Source: Harriotta raleighana (lineage: Eukaryota). Taken from it: DNA of 64,000 nt. The number at the start of each line of letters is the position of its first letter. The first letter of the stretch is position 1. Both the position numbers and the translations under genes were made by a program. Below are positions 11,801 through 25,389 of the stretch, piece by piece. The DNA lies in the NCBI GenBank assembly GCA_050575255.1, contig JBNZDD010013568.1:1047243-1111242 (forward strand), given 5' to 3'. The notes under the pieces are model-generated. The model was not told where the DNA came from. It did not search any database and saw only the letters and a program-made list of their open reading frames with translations.

Positions 11801-13454
11801 AACCACTGGGGAACAACTGGAGCTTCTAAGGCTTTTGCTAACATTAACAGCAGTTAGCGCCATGTTTACTCCCCTCAGTGCAAAGGCAGTTTCTTTGCCA
11901 TTAGCAGTAATCACTGCTCCAACTGTCTAATCCACATGTTACTTCTCTCCCCAGCGTAAAAAGCACGACACTGACAGAACACGTCCCCAGCAAAGTGAGA
12001 ACACACCTGCCGTGGTGTCCTGCTTTCAGGCTCCTTTCATTCGCTTACAGCACATCTCTCAAACATCAAAGGACTGCAGTTGCGTGAAAAGCTTGTATAT
12101 TCTATTTTAAGTTAATTCAAGCCAGCTGAGCGCATTGTTTGGCAGTCCCCAGACATGCCGATTGTTCCTTCCCTCCCACAGCATCTCCACATCACACAAA
12201 AAAAAGGACTGTTGTGAGAGTGGTGTCTGTGTGTGTGTGTGTGTGTGTGTGGGGGGGGGGCAAACAAGAAACGTCATCCTGAGTAATACCACGTGTTGAG
12301 TGCGGATCGCATCGATGGCTCGTCCCACAAACTGACAGGAAACATCCTTCGGTGAGAGCCACTGACTTTGCGCCTGCAATGGCCCAGTCGAGAGCAGCCT
12401 GAATGTTGTTTACCTTGCCTTGATTGTACGCTGAGATCACAGCAATGTCTGCTTTCCATTTACAGTACCACAAATCTGCAACTAATTACTGCTGGGTCAT
12501 GTTTGTTGAATAAAAGCACTTCAGCATTATGTTTATGCAGAACCAGGAATATTAACAGCCAGCAATAAAAAAAAACGTTACTTTTACAAAGCACATCTGC
12601 AAGCAATATGGATCTGCCCTGCACCCTTTGAACATCCGTTGTTCCTTGTGGAAACTGTTTAAACAATCCTTTATATACCGAGGATGCTAATCCAGATCAA
12701 ATCCAGAAATCTAATTCAAATATTTCATTAGATTTACTCTATCAAGCATTCAGATCATAATTGCTGTAGCCCCAGATTATCGTACTGTTCAAATTAAATA
12801 TACAATTTATACATGGTGCAACCAGGAACTGTTGAACCCTGGAGTGTAGCTTCACGTGACATTTAATTTAACCCAATGCTGTCAGCGAGAGTAGTCAAAC
12901 CCAGCTCACGGTGGGTGTAGAGAGCGCTGCTGGCAACTGCACTGTGCTCAGACATGGGAAAAGTACAGGCTACGATGTCATTTTGTTGTTGTTTACTTGA
13001 GCAGAGCGCGGTGGATGTTCATTCAGGTAAGCACACAAGAGAGAGAGAGAGAGAGAGGAGACACACACAGAAATAATAATAATAATCCTTGCATTCGCTA
13101 GTGAGGCGGGGGGGTTGGAGAGGGAGAGAAAAGGGAAAGATAATAATAAACACACACACAAATTGACAATATAAATTGTGATGGATAAGTTGGTTGATCG
13201 CATTCCACCTGATATCCACTATTCTTTCATTTAAAAAAAATGTATTTCATATTTAAGGCGATACCTGAGTCGATATCTGGCGAGAACGGGATCTATATAT
13301 AAATGCAAGTTGTTGTTGTTGTTGTTGTTATTCACCATGGGGGCTCGGCGCTAATTCTTTTGGATTCTTCACTGCTAATTCTTCACTGGATTTCTGACAC
13401 TAAATCTGCCCAGAGGACAGACACATGACTGCCCGCTGCTGGGAAGTTCAAACT

Positions 13455-13735
13455 GCAATGATTGGCCTTTGATTTCTCCCCCCATTAATTGGGGGGAAAT
13501 ATCTTACAACCAGTTGCAGCCAATAGCGCAGCTAAAGTCGGGGAACTCATAAGGAACCAATGAAAGCAACATATGCCTTTACCTCTCCATGGAACAGCGA
13601 ACTGGCACACCATCACATTTCAGCACCCGGACTGCAAGTATTTAAAAAGCAATTAGAGAGAGTAACAGAGAACAAAGTGCCATCGGTCTGTGGACTGGAC
13701 ACTGACTTGTTTGTTTGACATGCGCATGCGCCAGG
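13455..13735. promoter_or_regulatory. Candidate internal promoter: three CCAAT/NF-Y boxes plus an NRF1 site
   Basis: tgATTGGcc 13461-13465, agCCAATag 13520-13524, aaCCAATga 13557-13561, and TGCGCATGCGC 13721-13731. Confidence 0.4.
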
Positions 13736-14114
13736 CTGCTTTGCCCACACTCACTAATGGAGATCAGTCATTGCTTTGGTCGGAATTCATTCAGATTGAA
13801 TTGGAAATTCCCGCACTTCGTCTAATGAGATGACAGCAGCAATTGATGGGATTTCTCAAAACTTAGCAGCCAAACTTCAATAGTGGGTTTTTTAATGCTC
13901 TCGAGAATTGGCTGAATTACTTTCATACATTAAACAGGGGGAGGAGGAGGAGGAGGAGGAAGGGGGGATCTTAATGGTTTCCAAGAAACATGTGTATGTA
14001 TTATTTTTGAATCATTGTGTTTTGAGTTTTCTTTTTATAAAAAAAATTGAGCTAAGAAAGGTCCCTTTGAAAGGGTTTTGTTAATAATTTATTTGGAACA
14101 AAACTGAAAAGCTG

Positions 14115-14225
14115 ATAATAATAATAATATTTGCATTTGTTGTAGTACCATATCACATCATTCTGCTGTCTCAAAGCGCGTCTCATTGTGAAGTGGAGTG
14201 ACTGTGTATTTTGACTACGTTCTGC
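14115..14225 (-). mobile_element. SINE tail fragment
   Basis: (AAT)n, ttgcattt...gtctcaaagcgc...gactgtgtatttt. Confidence 0.65.
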
Positions 14226-16644
14226 CAATGGCTGTTGAGGTCCCAGATACTTGGTCTGTGCTAGCTCTGGGGCAGCTTTGAGGGAGGAAAGTGCTTTGGG
14301 GTTCCTTTCACATCTGAAGGACGTCACAAAGCACCTTGCGGGATACAGCCACCGGGATTTACAAAGGGTGTAAAGCAATGGAAACCGGCCCCCTCTTGGC
14401 CCAACCAGTGATTGTGTTTGTTTTCCACGAGTCTCCACCCAGTTCCTTTCTCCCTTCTCTTGCCCGTTCCCCTCACCTACCCACGCATCTAACGTTATCT
14501 GTTTCAACCACCTGGTTTTCAGGCACCTAGTCTCGTCTACGTTAAGCAGTGAAGCTGTGCGTTTTGTAAGTGTGCTGACCATTGCAACCAGCAAAAGCCG
14601 CAGCTAAAACATCACTGTTCACTTCCTATCTTTGCTGTCAGTAACTGCCTGCAGCAGCAGGCCCAGTCTTGCAGCTCGACAGGACAGATCACGGTTTATC
14701 AGTAAAAAAACCTCTCATTGCATTGCTGGGCCCATTGTCTACCTTAATAATGTTCCACATGACCTTACTCCTGTCAGTGGCATCCAAACCAAGTCAGAGC
14801 TCATAAAGGCAGCCAGACATTCCAGATCACAGCAGATAAAACAACATAGAACTCGACATATTATAAGAAATGGTTTGAAATGTGCTGAGAGGTGTGAAGC
14901 GACAATGCTGTTTGTAAATAACTCTGGGGGGGTTTATAGCAAGACGTCTCGAGTCAATCATTGCCCTATAGCAATCTCTTTGCCGTCACTTATTCTCTAT
15001 TTAAAAGCCCGGGATTTGGGTTACTCTCTGCTCCTAGTCTGTTAATTCTGAAAGAAATATAACGCAGTAACAATGCTTTATGGACTTACCAAGTTTAGGG
15101 CTGTTCCCTGTAATAAAATACCAGCTCATACCTTTACTGCTTATAAAAAACATGACAAATCAGCACTTCCACACCCGGCGTAGGACAAATTACTCACTTA
15201 TTTCAATGGGACAATTAGCAATCTCTTTCATACGTTATGATCAATTTCCACAAGACACTCAGCAAAACATTAGTACGAGGTACTGCTTCTTAACTGCAGC
15301 ATGAAAAATTGTAAGGCATCGGTAAATGAAACAGTACGATCAATACTGACACAAGGGTTTTAAATTGGCTGCAAACAGCATATCCTTGCATCATTCAGGC
15401 AATTTTTACATAGTTAGCAAAAGCCAAAGTCACCATAATGGATCGACTGCAATAAGACTGCTGACCTCAATTTATTATTGTATTGAAGAACGAAATAAGT
15501 GAATTATTTTGACAATTTCAGTGAAATCAGACATTAAAAGGTTTTTAGCTTCCTTCCCTTGATGGAAAAAATCTTCAATGAGTAATAATGTATTGTGTGA
15601 CCATTGTGATGAAACCAGACTCCACTTCGCCAGCAAAGCCCAGCACAGATTCAGAATCCGCTCTTTATTCTCCATTACAAACAGCTGTTAAGACATCCAT
15701 TGAATTTGCTTCAACTAAAAAAAGAAACCTTGAATGCTATCATTGTGACTGAAAAGAGTTAGTGGCTAATTGAGTGCTCTCAATTAAATTATTGGCTTCG
15801 CCCAACACTTTACGCTGAGATTGTTGGTTTTGTATTGTATTGTACCTGTAATTTGGGGGTAAACTTCCTAAGGATATTTACCATTCATTAAGGTGTTGTG
15901 GAAGCAAGGTACGTCTCAGTTAAAGAAAACCGCTGTACGCGGCCTCCTCGCTTCTCTCGTAGACATTAGGATGTTTTGATCAATATCAACCATGTGTTAG
16001 AATTGAAGAACAAATTGAAGAGTGATTACAATTTACTGTAATGGAATGATTTGTAAGACTCTTGGTGATATGTGAAATCCAATTTTCACAACTCAATTGC
16101 CTATAAATCCTTTCCCTGGATTATTGCGCGACTATTAAAAGGAAGCAGTTTACATTTTCTTCCAAAACTCAACAGCTACAATTTGGGAATCCTAGGTTTT
16201 CAGATCAGGAATGTTTCAAACAACGTTCGTTCTGAAAACTTGGTTCATCATGTGTGAGTTGGCAAGAAAGAGCCAAGGCTTGGGGTCCCCACAAGTGTGC
16301 GTTGGTGCAACCAAAGGTTGACTTGCAAAAGAAGTTGAAATAAATGCAAGGTTTGAGAGAGTCTCGCCTCTTACACACAAACCTGCCAACTGGGTGTTCT
16401 AAAGGCAAACACCTTTCATTGATTATTTCTGTGAAACAGTCAAGTAAAGCTGCAATAAAATCAGTGTACTCATTGAGCTTAATGTCACAGACTTCCACAA
16501 TTCAGATCATTGCTCTTTTCTTTGGCAAACGCATGTTAAATTTGCTCTGCAGTCTCCTGCCTGAATCATCATAACTATCACATTAGGATCATACATTCCC
16601 CCACTGTGACGATCAAAGGATTAGAACCCAGTTCTTATAAGACT

Positions 16645-16785
16645 ACTGTACTTGCATTTGATATAGAGCTTTTCACGTCTTCTAGACATCTCAAAGCACT
16701 TCACAGAATATACTGTAAAGTAAATTGACTGTATACTTTGTGGGCGAAACGCAGCAGCCAATTGCGTGCAGCAGCGTCCCCACAA
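16645..16785 (-). mobile_element. SINE 3' half
   Basis: cttgcatttgatatag...cacagaatatactgtaaagt...gcagccaattgcg, matching the family consensus. Confidence 0.85.
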
Positions 16786-16829
16786 TCCCCAGAGGGAATA
16801 TTATAATGATTATTATTCATGGTATCGAC

Positions 16830-17200
16830 AACGTTTCATGGAGAAAAAATTGCAAAGGACATGTGTACGTCGCCCCACAACAATGGTACATCAGTCAAAC
16901 TGGGCCACTGTTGCTGAATTCAAAGAGAAAGAGATTCCAACAGCTCAGAGATTGAATCAGTCCCCATTCACTCACTGAGGATTGACTGGGTGTCCAAAAA
17001 TCCATTGAGGAATGTTACAGGACAGTCTATCGAGTTGTTTTGGCCACATGTTTGCAACATGGAGGCGTAGGAAGAGCCCTCTACTCTGGGGTCTATACGT
17101 CCTGACTGCCAGGCTGTAAACAGGACAAATCTCCTGGCTCGTGGAGTGGACATTAGACAACCAGAGATCCTGCCTCTTGGCCAACAGTCCCAGCACATGC
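16830..17200 (+). mobile_element. Highly decayed RTE-clade LINE relic (RT C-terminal region)
   Basis: KLQRTCVRRPTTMVHQSNWAT...TAQRL resembles RTE KxYxxCVRPxMLYGSETWA...AQR. Downstream CFG/HVCNME (frameshifted) resembles WFGHVCRM. Confidence 0.45.
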
Positions 17201-20200
17201 AGAGCTAAGCCAGGGACAATGGAGGCTTCTCGTCTGTCTTCACAAACATTTGAAGACAATTTTAAGGACATAAGCACATAAGAAATAGGGGGTATTTAGT
17301 ATCATAATTTAGGCTCAAATCTGCAATCTCATTGCACTCCCCCCACCCACCTACAATCACATCAGTATGCCTAACCTCACCTCACCCACGGTTCTCACTG
17401 ACATTGCAACTGTTGTGAGCGTTTGTTTGCGCTCATCTCATTACACAGCGCAGTTCTGTGTTAACGGCTCAATTACCAAAGGAACTATCACTTCCACGGG
17501 AACTGCATTAACTCCAACTTTATTAGTCCCATAAACACATTGATGTCATTTCGAGATTATAGACGCTCACAGCTTGAGTCATTTGTTAATAAGGACACGT
17601 TAGGATTATTTTGGCAATGAAACACATCAGCAAACTGTGGAGGAACCAAATTCTCTTCGTTTTACTCAAAGCAAAATGTGCCCTTGGACAACATTAACAA
17701 TAACATTAAAAGTGATGCCTACATATTAAATTCACAATCACAGGCTTCTGTTGTTATTTCTGCACTGCTGAGGGACAGAATTAAAATGATCAGGCCCTGT
17801 ACCGAGCAGATTTGCTTTCATTCCACATCCAGTTTAGGAGAATATTTCTGCAAATTGGTTTTAAATTAAAGGAGGTGGAAAGGTACTGTGCCTTCTCAAC
17901 ATTTTCCCAGGTGCACTTAATCTAATTTCATTAAGGATATCAGGACAGATGATCACTTTGTGTAGAAACATTAAATCTATCCATTTTGGTATAAAACCAT
18001 TAATTCAGTCAGTGTGTCAGTGGGTAAGCTGTTTATTATTTGAGATGGGAGTGGAGTTTAGTTTCCCAATAATCTGTCAAGAACAGTCAACCACAAATTA
18101 AATCCTGTTGCCAAAGAACTGGGCTAAGATTACAACTAACTTGAAAATATTCCAGCGAAACCCAGACTCCAACCACACCAGCTCACGTTGTGTCATTTCT
18201 CACCAGTGAAGAGGTCAGATGCGCACAGCGGTGTCTGAATAATTACTGTAAATGATCAGCAGAAACAGCTCTTCCATGGGAACAGCAGTGACTGGTCACT
18301 GGGAACCAGCAAGATTGGGATGGACAGATTAGGACACTCAACTGTACAGTCTACATCCCAACAGCCTACAAAGCTGCTACTCTGATATTATTATTACATG
18401 ACAACACGTTAGCCTGGGAGAGGGTGTACACTGGCCGCTAATATAGTTATACAGTAGAGGGCCATCCATGGAAAAGAACCGTCTCAAAGCACTTTACACG
18501 ATTAAAAATGAATTAGAAATGAAGTCAGTGCTTTTTAGGCAAATACGGCAGGTGATTGATTTATGCCTTTGGTGTTCTTCAAACCACATCCATGGAGCGT
18601 TTGAATTGTGGTGAACTTCAAATTCTCTCTCTGTTGCTTCAAATGCTTTCAGTAGCTTGCCACCAATGGAACACGATTGGTCCCACTGTGTCCTACGTGC
18701 GGGATCACAAGTGGTTCTTTATCAGGGTTTAGAGCCACATCTTTGGGCCGATGAGGAATCACCCTCAAATTTGCTTTAGCACCAGCAGCTTTGGACCCTG
18801 AAGGTATCTTCAGTGAATAAATCTCAATACATTTTTTACATTTACAGCTCAGTGGTGGCTGGCCATTGAATGATGAAAAAATAAAAACCCTCTCCACGTG
18901 GATAACGCTTTCTTTGTTGGGTCGGAGTCCAATTACGTCAACGTTTCCCCTTGTCCACAGAGATCGATCGTATTTTATGGCCCTAGGATTGGTGGTCACC
19001 TCCACTGGGTTCAACTGAAGACTTTGTTAGCAGTTGGGAAGAAATGGGCTTTCGGATATCGTACATCCACTGGCTGCTGTTTAAAAAAGTCAGCGATTGG
19101 TAGAGAGCTACCTGCTCCCGCATCTCCACAAATGATAAGTTGTGTGAACTCCTAGAGAGGAAGGTGTCAGCTGTGATTTTAAAAGGCTTTGTAGAGTAGG
19201 AATCAAACAACGAAGGCCAATGGGCTGCAAGGCATGACTTCCTCGAGGGGAATAGTAGATCTTTGAGCACAGGCGAGCAAATGCCACATAAAAGGTAGTA
19301 ATTCTTCCAGAAAGAGAAACATCTGGCTGGGCAAAATCATTTTTGCTGTCAATCCGACTCATTAAAATGTGTAGCCTACTGTTCCTATCAGAGCAACCAG
19401 CTCCTTGACTGTCCAATATTGGTTGCTGCCACTGACAGGGTGACTGTGGAACAAAGGTCTTGTGTCAAAAGCTTTTGAGAGGAGGGGGAGGGGGTAGTGA
19501 GTGAGTGGAGAGCCAGAGAATTCATCACTGCCCCTAACATTGACATGGCCCACAGCATGATTTGCATTTGGACGCATCAATGTCACTTATCAAACATTTA
19601 GACAGAAAATCTGCCTAAACACATGCTTGGCAGATGATGCCTCACTACAGTCGTCAAAAACTACAGTCAAATCTGACAGTCTTTTAAGTTTTGCAGCTTG
19701 CAAGAAGAAAGCACTTTTGATCTTTCAGAGAGCATTTTTTATATTTTTCATCAATAAGTCCAGGATTCTGGTAAACTAGGTCACTATGCTGTAAATTTCC
19801 ATATCCCCGAGGTGCGCTCATGTTGGGTTGTTCATTTAGAAATGTGAAACAATTCCTCTTGGAATAGGCAACTCCGGCGCATTTTTGCTGAACTCCACAA
19901 TCTGGGTCATTTCACATTATATATCATTCTCAATTTATGCAGATGCCATGTTCTCTTAAAAGGCCGAGAGTGTGTGAACAGTTGCGAGAAAGGTCTGAAT
20001 GTTGTGGTTTGCTTCGCCTCACGCCCGGCAGACAATGGCGGGAGCTTTGTGTTAACAACGCGTTTGTTCCTCCGTGTCATTAGAAGCTATTTAATTACCT
20101 TATAATGTCTCAAAAATGAGATTTACTCTGTTGTCTCAGATTAGAACAATTGTGTGTCGGAAATTTTCAGAAACCACTTCACTGGATAATTGCAGCAAAT

Positions 20201-21779
20201 TAAACCATTTAAAAAAATTCTTGATTACAGTTTCTTGCAGATCCAATATAATGAGTGATTTCACCACTCCCTGTACTTCACACAACCCTGCCATTACTGC
20301 TTAACTGTAATTCATAAGACTTGCGAGTGATGAATAATCAACATGCTTTAAAATCGGAACCGAGGCAAAGTATTTAAACTGCTATTTATACGCTGTATCA
20401 TTACTGAATTTCAAAAGGATATTATTGTCAAAAATCCTCCTTTCCTGCGCTGAGGAACAATCAGGTTGAAGAGGGATATGTGCTACTTGTGATATGTTCA
20501 ATAACATCACCCACAGGATACAAGCACAGGATACATTAGGAGGCTGACTTTCCAATCGCTACCTGAGGGACGTCTAGTTAAAGTAACCGTACCAGCTAAT
20601 TCAGATTGGGAGTACCCCTTGAACACATAGTTTACTGTAACACTACAACAACAACAACAAAATTATATTTATGGAGAGCCTATCACATCGGGAAGACCAC
20701 GAGCTGCATTTAAACAACGAAGCTTTTATCTGGGGAACCAATGGATTCCAAGAAACCAAACTGCGCACATCTTAACAATGGCTTTCTATCACGAGAAAAT
20801 CACATTTGTAGACAAGCAATTTAAAGAACTAAAATACATTTTCTTAACGCATTATAACTCGCAGTCACTATATCATGTGAAGTGCTTTGAAGACTTCTCC
20901 AACAATGTGATAAGGGGGGCTATATCAAACGCAAGGTTATTTTTCTAATTATTTTAGTCATTAACTACTCAAGAGGTGAGCTAACAACTCAAAAGAGCAT
21001 TAAAAGAATCCACTTAAAATATTTACACAGCAACACACTGACCAATTTGCACCTTGATACACACTTGAATCAATAATAATAATAATAATTGCACCTTTAG
21101 GGTAAAGCTAAGGCGATATTCTTAAGGGTTTTTAAAAAAAAATGTTATGATAAACCAGCGAATGCTGTGAAGTCCTTCCAACGTGAAAGGCTGGCTACAG
21201 ATGTAATTTTTGTTGTTGTTGAACACACAACTCAAAACAGAAATCCAGCTATTTATCAAAAATGTGCGGAAATGGTTCCTAATTCAATTGTGAAACTCCG
21301 AGTAGGTTGCCAAATGCTTCATAAAGGATTGACATTTACTTTAATTACTTAACTGAAAACATTATAGTAAAATTTAACGTTCATTTGTACTATTCAGTGT
21401 TGCATATTTTCCCAACTGTCTCACTTTACCTGAATAAACCAATTCTCAAGTGCGTTATTCCCACACTAAACGTAAAAAACTACATCAACCTCAGATTAAT
21501 GAAGGTGTAATAATGATTCCAAATGATAGTTAATTACTTGCAATCCAAGTTTTAAATTGCTCTGAAAGTAGATCCTGTCAGATGCCATTACTGCAGTTCC
21601 TGAATCTGGTTCTGTCTGCCCAGGCTTGCACCACAGACTGAAAGCATCTCTCACACAGACAGAGAAACAAACTGCTCACCTGGCTTCAATCACATCAAAG
21701 TCTCCCGTGCTTACGGGGGCATGTGGGGAATGCACGATTCAGGTCACTGTACTCCCCAGTGGAAGGAAAACGCTTGACA

Positions 21780-21960
21780 TAATAATAATAATAATAATGA
21801 TGATAATCCTTTGCATTTGATGTAGCGCCTCATCATGTCTTGGAGACGTCTCAAAGCGCTTCACAGAATATACTTTATAATCGACAGAATCGACTTTATA
21901 TTTTGTGGGCGAAACGTAGCAGCCAATTGCGCAGAGCAGTGTCTCCCAAACAGTCATGAA
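21780..21960 (-). mobile_element. SINE 3' half
   Basis: (AAT)n tail, agacgtctcaaagcgcttcacagaatatact...gcagccaattgcgca. Confidence 0.85.
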
Positions 21961-22144
21961 TTCAGTGACAAAATGATTACCTGTAGTATTATTTATGTTT
22001 TTGAAGGGACTATTACTCCCTGGAATGTGATCCACTAATCGACTAATAACCAGGTCCTTACTTACTGCATGAACAGTCACTACTGGCATTGAGGTATCCA
22101 ATCATGAGCTATATCAAATATCAAATATGAATTTACTTAATAGC

Positions 22145-22227
22145 ATATTCCGCAAAGCGCTTTGAGACGTCTAGAAGATGTGATAAGGCACTACATCAAA
22201 TGCAAGGATTATTATTATTATTATTAT
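22145..22227 (+). mobile_element. SINE tail fragment
   Basis: aagcgctttgagacgtctagaagatgtgataaggcactacatcaaatgcaagg(att)n. Confidence 0.85.
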
Positions 22228-24165
22228 CTGTGGACTGTACATCGATAGGATGCTTTCAGTTGAGATAGTCATTAATCCAGTCCCCCCCTCGGGTTCATAC
22301 AATGTCATTAGTGCTCACAATTTGGTACATTTATTGAAAGTTATTAGTATTTGGTTATTGGTGTATTTCTCCAGTTCACGAAGAGCTGCCATTGAAACAT
22401 CTCCCAGCACCGGCCTGGAAACGCTGTGTAAACTTTAATCATTACCAGGAATTGGGTTTCACATCAATAACCTGATCTGATGAATGGCTTTATTGGACCT
22501 ATTTTTTAACGTGATTAATTACATAAACCATAACATCCCAAGGTGTGTTTGATTTCCATCAGACACATCAATTATTGAAAGTAGGAAGTAGGATTCCATT
22601 CTCCTTTCACCCCCCCCACCCCCCACACCCCTTAACACACTACAACATCAGTTATCCTTTTGTTATGGAAGAAGTTTGACACTATTAAACAAACTGGTGT
22701 GCACGAGGCACTGTTGAACAGACAGCCGGCATACACAGCCTGGCTAGTGCTGAGAAGATGGATGTGGGGAATAAGCAGGAATACTGGCTTGCAGGTACTA
22801 AAGCTCTGATGATGTGTTGGCAGCACTTTCACTGTTTCACTCTCTATCTAAACTCCACTGGATCATTCACAAATTCCATCGTTTCAGCGGTCCAATACTT
22901 CACCAACACTTCTTTAGTGGGGAAAAGTATTAAATAACCAGACGTATAAAGATCCAGTGTTTGGTTTAGTGTAACCACTTGCTGCATTACACGAGTGTGG
23001 CACAGACACAGACTCCTAAACAGCTGACCTCAAATACCACACATTGAAATCTAATCAATGCTGCTCAGATTGAATTTTCACAAGTATATGCCAATTTTGA
23101 TTCTAATCTGCCAAGTGGCAGTCTCACATGCCATGATATCACACTGACGTACAAACCCGTCAATGAGGCTATTGTTAAGTCGGGAGGAAAGCAAATTCCG
23201 CTGGTGGCCTGGTAACTCAGTTGATCTGGGGCTGGCTTCCGAACTGCTGCTGATCGTGACTGAATTCTCCAGGCTGTCCGTCACTCAATCTGCACTCCAC
23301 CGGCATATCACACAAGATACATCTGTCTCATTCCTGACTACAATAAACATCAGAGCACCCCCACCGCCCCCCAACACGGTCCGGCTCTTTCCCATTATAG
23401 ATCAACGTCTTATAATTAAAAAATTATATTATCCCAAATAGCAGATTTTTGTAGAATTCTTAATTTGCCTTAAATTCGCAACGGTTTCCTTTGCGGTGCT
23501 TTTTAAACACTAACTTCCAAATGATTTAACTAACTGTAGTTGCAGGGCTCGAAGATACAGATAGAATGACTGTGACTGAAGGTTTCCTGGAGACCAATGG
23601 ATACAGGATACATGAAGCATTCGCCCAACCCAAATTAGTCAACTCCACATCCAGAAATTCAGTTCAATAGAACCTGCCTCAAATGTCTGATTACTGAAGA
23701 GACTGTCGTTAATTCTGGGATTTAATGATCAAACGTTTCAGTGAACACTGTGGTAGTGGCCTTTGGGGGATTATGCATATAATCCCCTGTGGAGGGAACT
23801 GATCAGGCCCGAATAATTCAGTTTTAACACCTAGTTTCACCCTTGCTGAAGGTCATGGTTAGGCCTGAGTGTTTACAAACGGATGTCACATCTACATCGC
23901 TGATCACTGAGCTGTGGTTACTCAACTAAGTGTCGGATTTGATCACTACTGTCCGAATTCATTTTGAAATATGTACATTTTCTCTGTGCATGTTATCTCA
24001 GGATCACTTGCTGGATTAGCATGCTTTTAGATGTAAAGTGTAAGCAGGGAATGTGGAATGTAAAAGTTTGGGCCAGGAACATGACGTCTTACAAAAGAAG
24101 CTAAGTATTAAAGCATTAGGTTGAAGCCAATCATTTAAAGAACTTGAATCCACCCAGCAGTGTAT

Positions 24166-24336
24166 GCGGGGAGGTGGAGAAGGTGGGAGGAGGGAGGCGG
24201 AAGAAGGAGGGCAGGGAGAGGAGGGACGGGGAGGGGGAGGGGGAGGGGGCGGAGGGAGAGGCAGGAGAGAGTGGCAGGAGAGGGAAGGGGGTGGAGGGAC
24301 GGGAGAGGAGGGAGTGGGGGGAGAAAGAGGCGGGAA
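24166..24336 (+). repeat. ~170-bp polypurine (G/A) low-complexity tract with many G-runs
   Basis: Almost exclusively G and A, e.g. ggggagggggagggggagggggcgg. Confidence 0.9.
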
Positions 24337-24435
24337 CAGTGTTTGAAAGGGCCTTGAGCAGCTAGGGGGTGAGTTCTACTCAGGCTGTTGTTCTATAGTT
24401 CTACAACTGCAGATTTAGAACCAGTCAGAAGCCGA

Positions 24436-24572
24436 CAATTTATTATGGTTTTTTGAGAGATTATTATTAGGTGTGTGTGTGTGGAGTAAGGAAACTTGAC
24501 CAAGATTTGCTCTGAATAATTGAACACAGGCCTCATGCTTGTAAGGCGATTGCTCTAACCACTGAGACTACT
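24436..24572 (-). mobile_element. SINE 5' half (tRNA head)
   Basis: gtggagtaaggaaacttgaccaag...gcttgtaaggcgattgctctaaccactgag. Confidence 0.8.
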
Positions 24573-25389
24573 TGCTACAGTCCTCTACAGTTCACATATA
24601 GTTAGCGCTTATGAAGACAAGACAATGCTTCACCTGAATCTTAACCACATGAATATGACCACATCTGTATATTTTAATGGAGACTGTAGTGCTTTAAAGG
24701 ATAACCTGTCTTCAAATAAGTGAGGAACTAACTATCAATGCATTTCCCCCTCCCTCCTCGTCACTCAGTCGGAAATAAAAGGTGAAAAAGTTTGTTTGAG
24801 TAAAAACGTTCTACAAATGTGATATCAAGAAAGTCCCCAAAACAGTACTAAACGTATCCGGGAAGATCTATAAAAGTGTTACAATAAACCATTGTGAACA
24901 AACAGTTCCATTCCTCCCGTTGCTTCAATTGAAGACATTTAAATGTGCCAATTTTTTTTTCCTTCCCGATGATCATCATCCCAGCAAATGGAACTGTGTC
25001 TAATATCTCCTACTTACCATGGGGAAGACAGTCTCTCTCAAACACTGAGAATCATGGCTACTATAGATTCTAATATCAACTTTAAATTATGGCATTTCTA
25101 AATGACTGCTTCAGAAAAACTTGGCTTCCTGAAGACATTAAACTTCTGTTCTCAATCCACTTGCAACCATTTTAACGGTAAGATTTTAAAAAATGGATAA
25201 ATTTCCACAGAATCAGGTTGATACTGCACCTCAGGCAGTGAGTTTTAGAATAAGGCTAAAAAAAAATCAAACGCATTTATACTGCACTATTAATGTTAAT
25301 TCAGCATGAAAACTATGTTGAATTGATGCGAGATGTGCAATGCAGATGGAGCATAGCAACCAGTCAGTCAGCAAAGAGGTTGGATTTAC

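Larger units (their letters stand above)
1..25389 (-). other. FBRSL1: Intron downstream of the 30-nt exon (continues beyond the window start)
   Basis: Begins with GT at 25389-25388 on the minus strand. No exon encoding the expected AS(D)VGSEKLF segment was found by eye in 1-25389. Confidence 0.6.

Noticed and set aside
14052-14594. 180-aa ORF on the minus strand
   Set aside because: Includes a SINE tail (YYYY from ATT repeats) and has no domain. Chance ORF.
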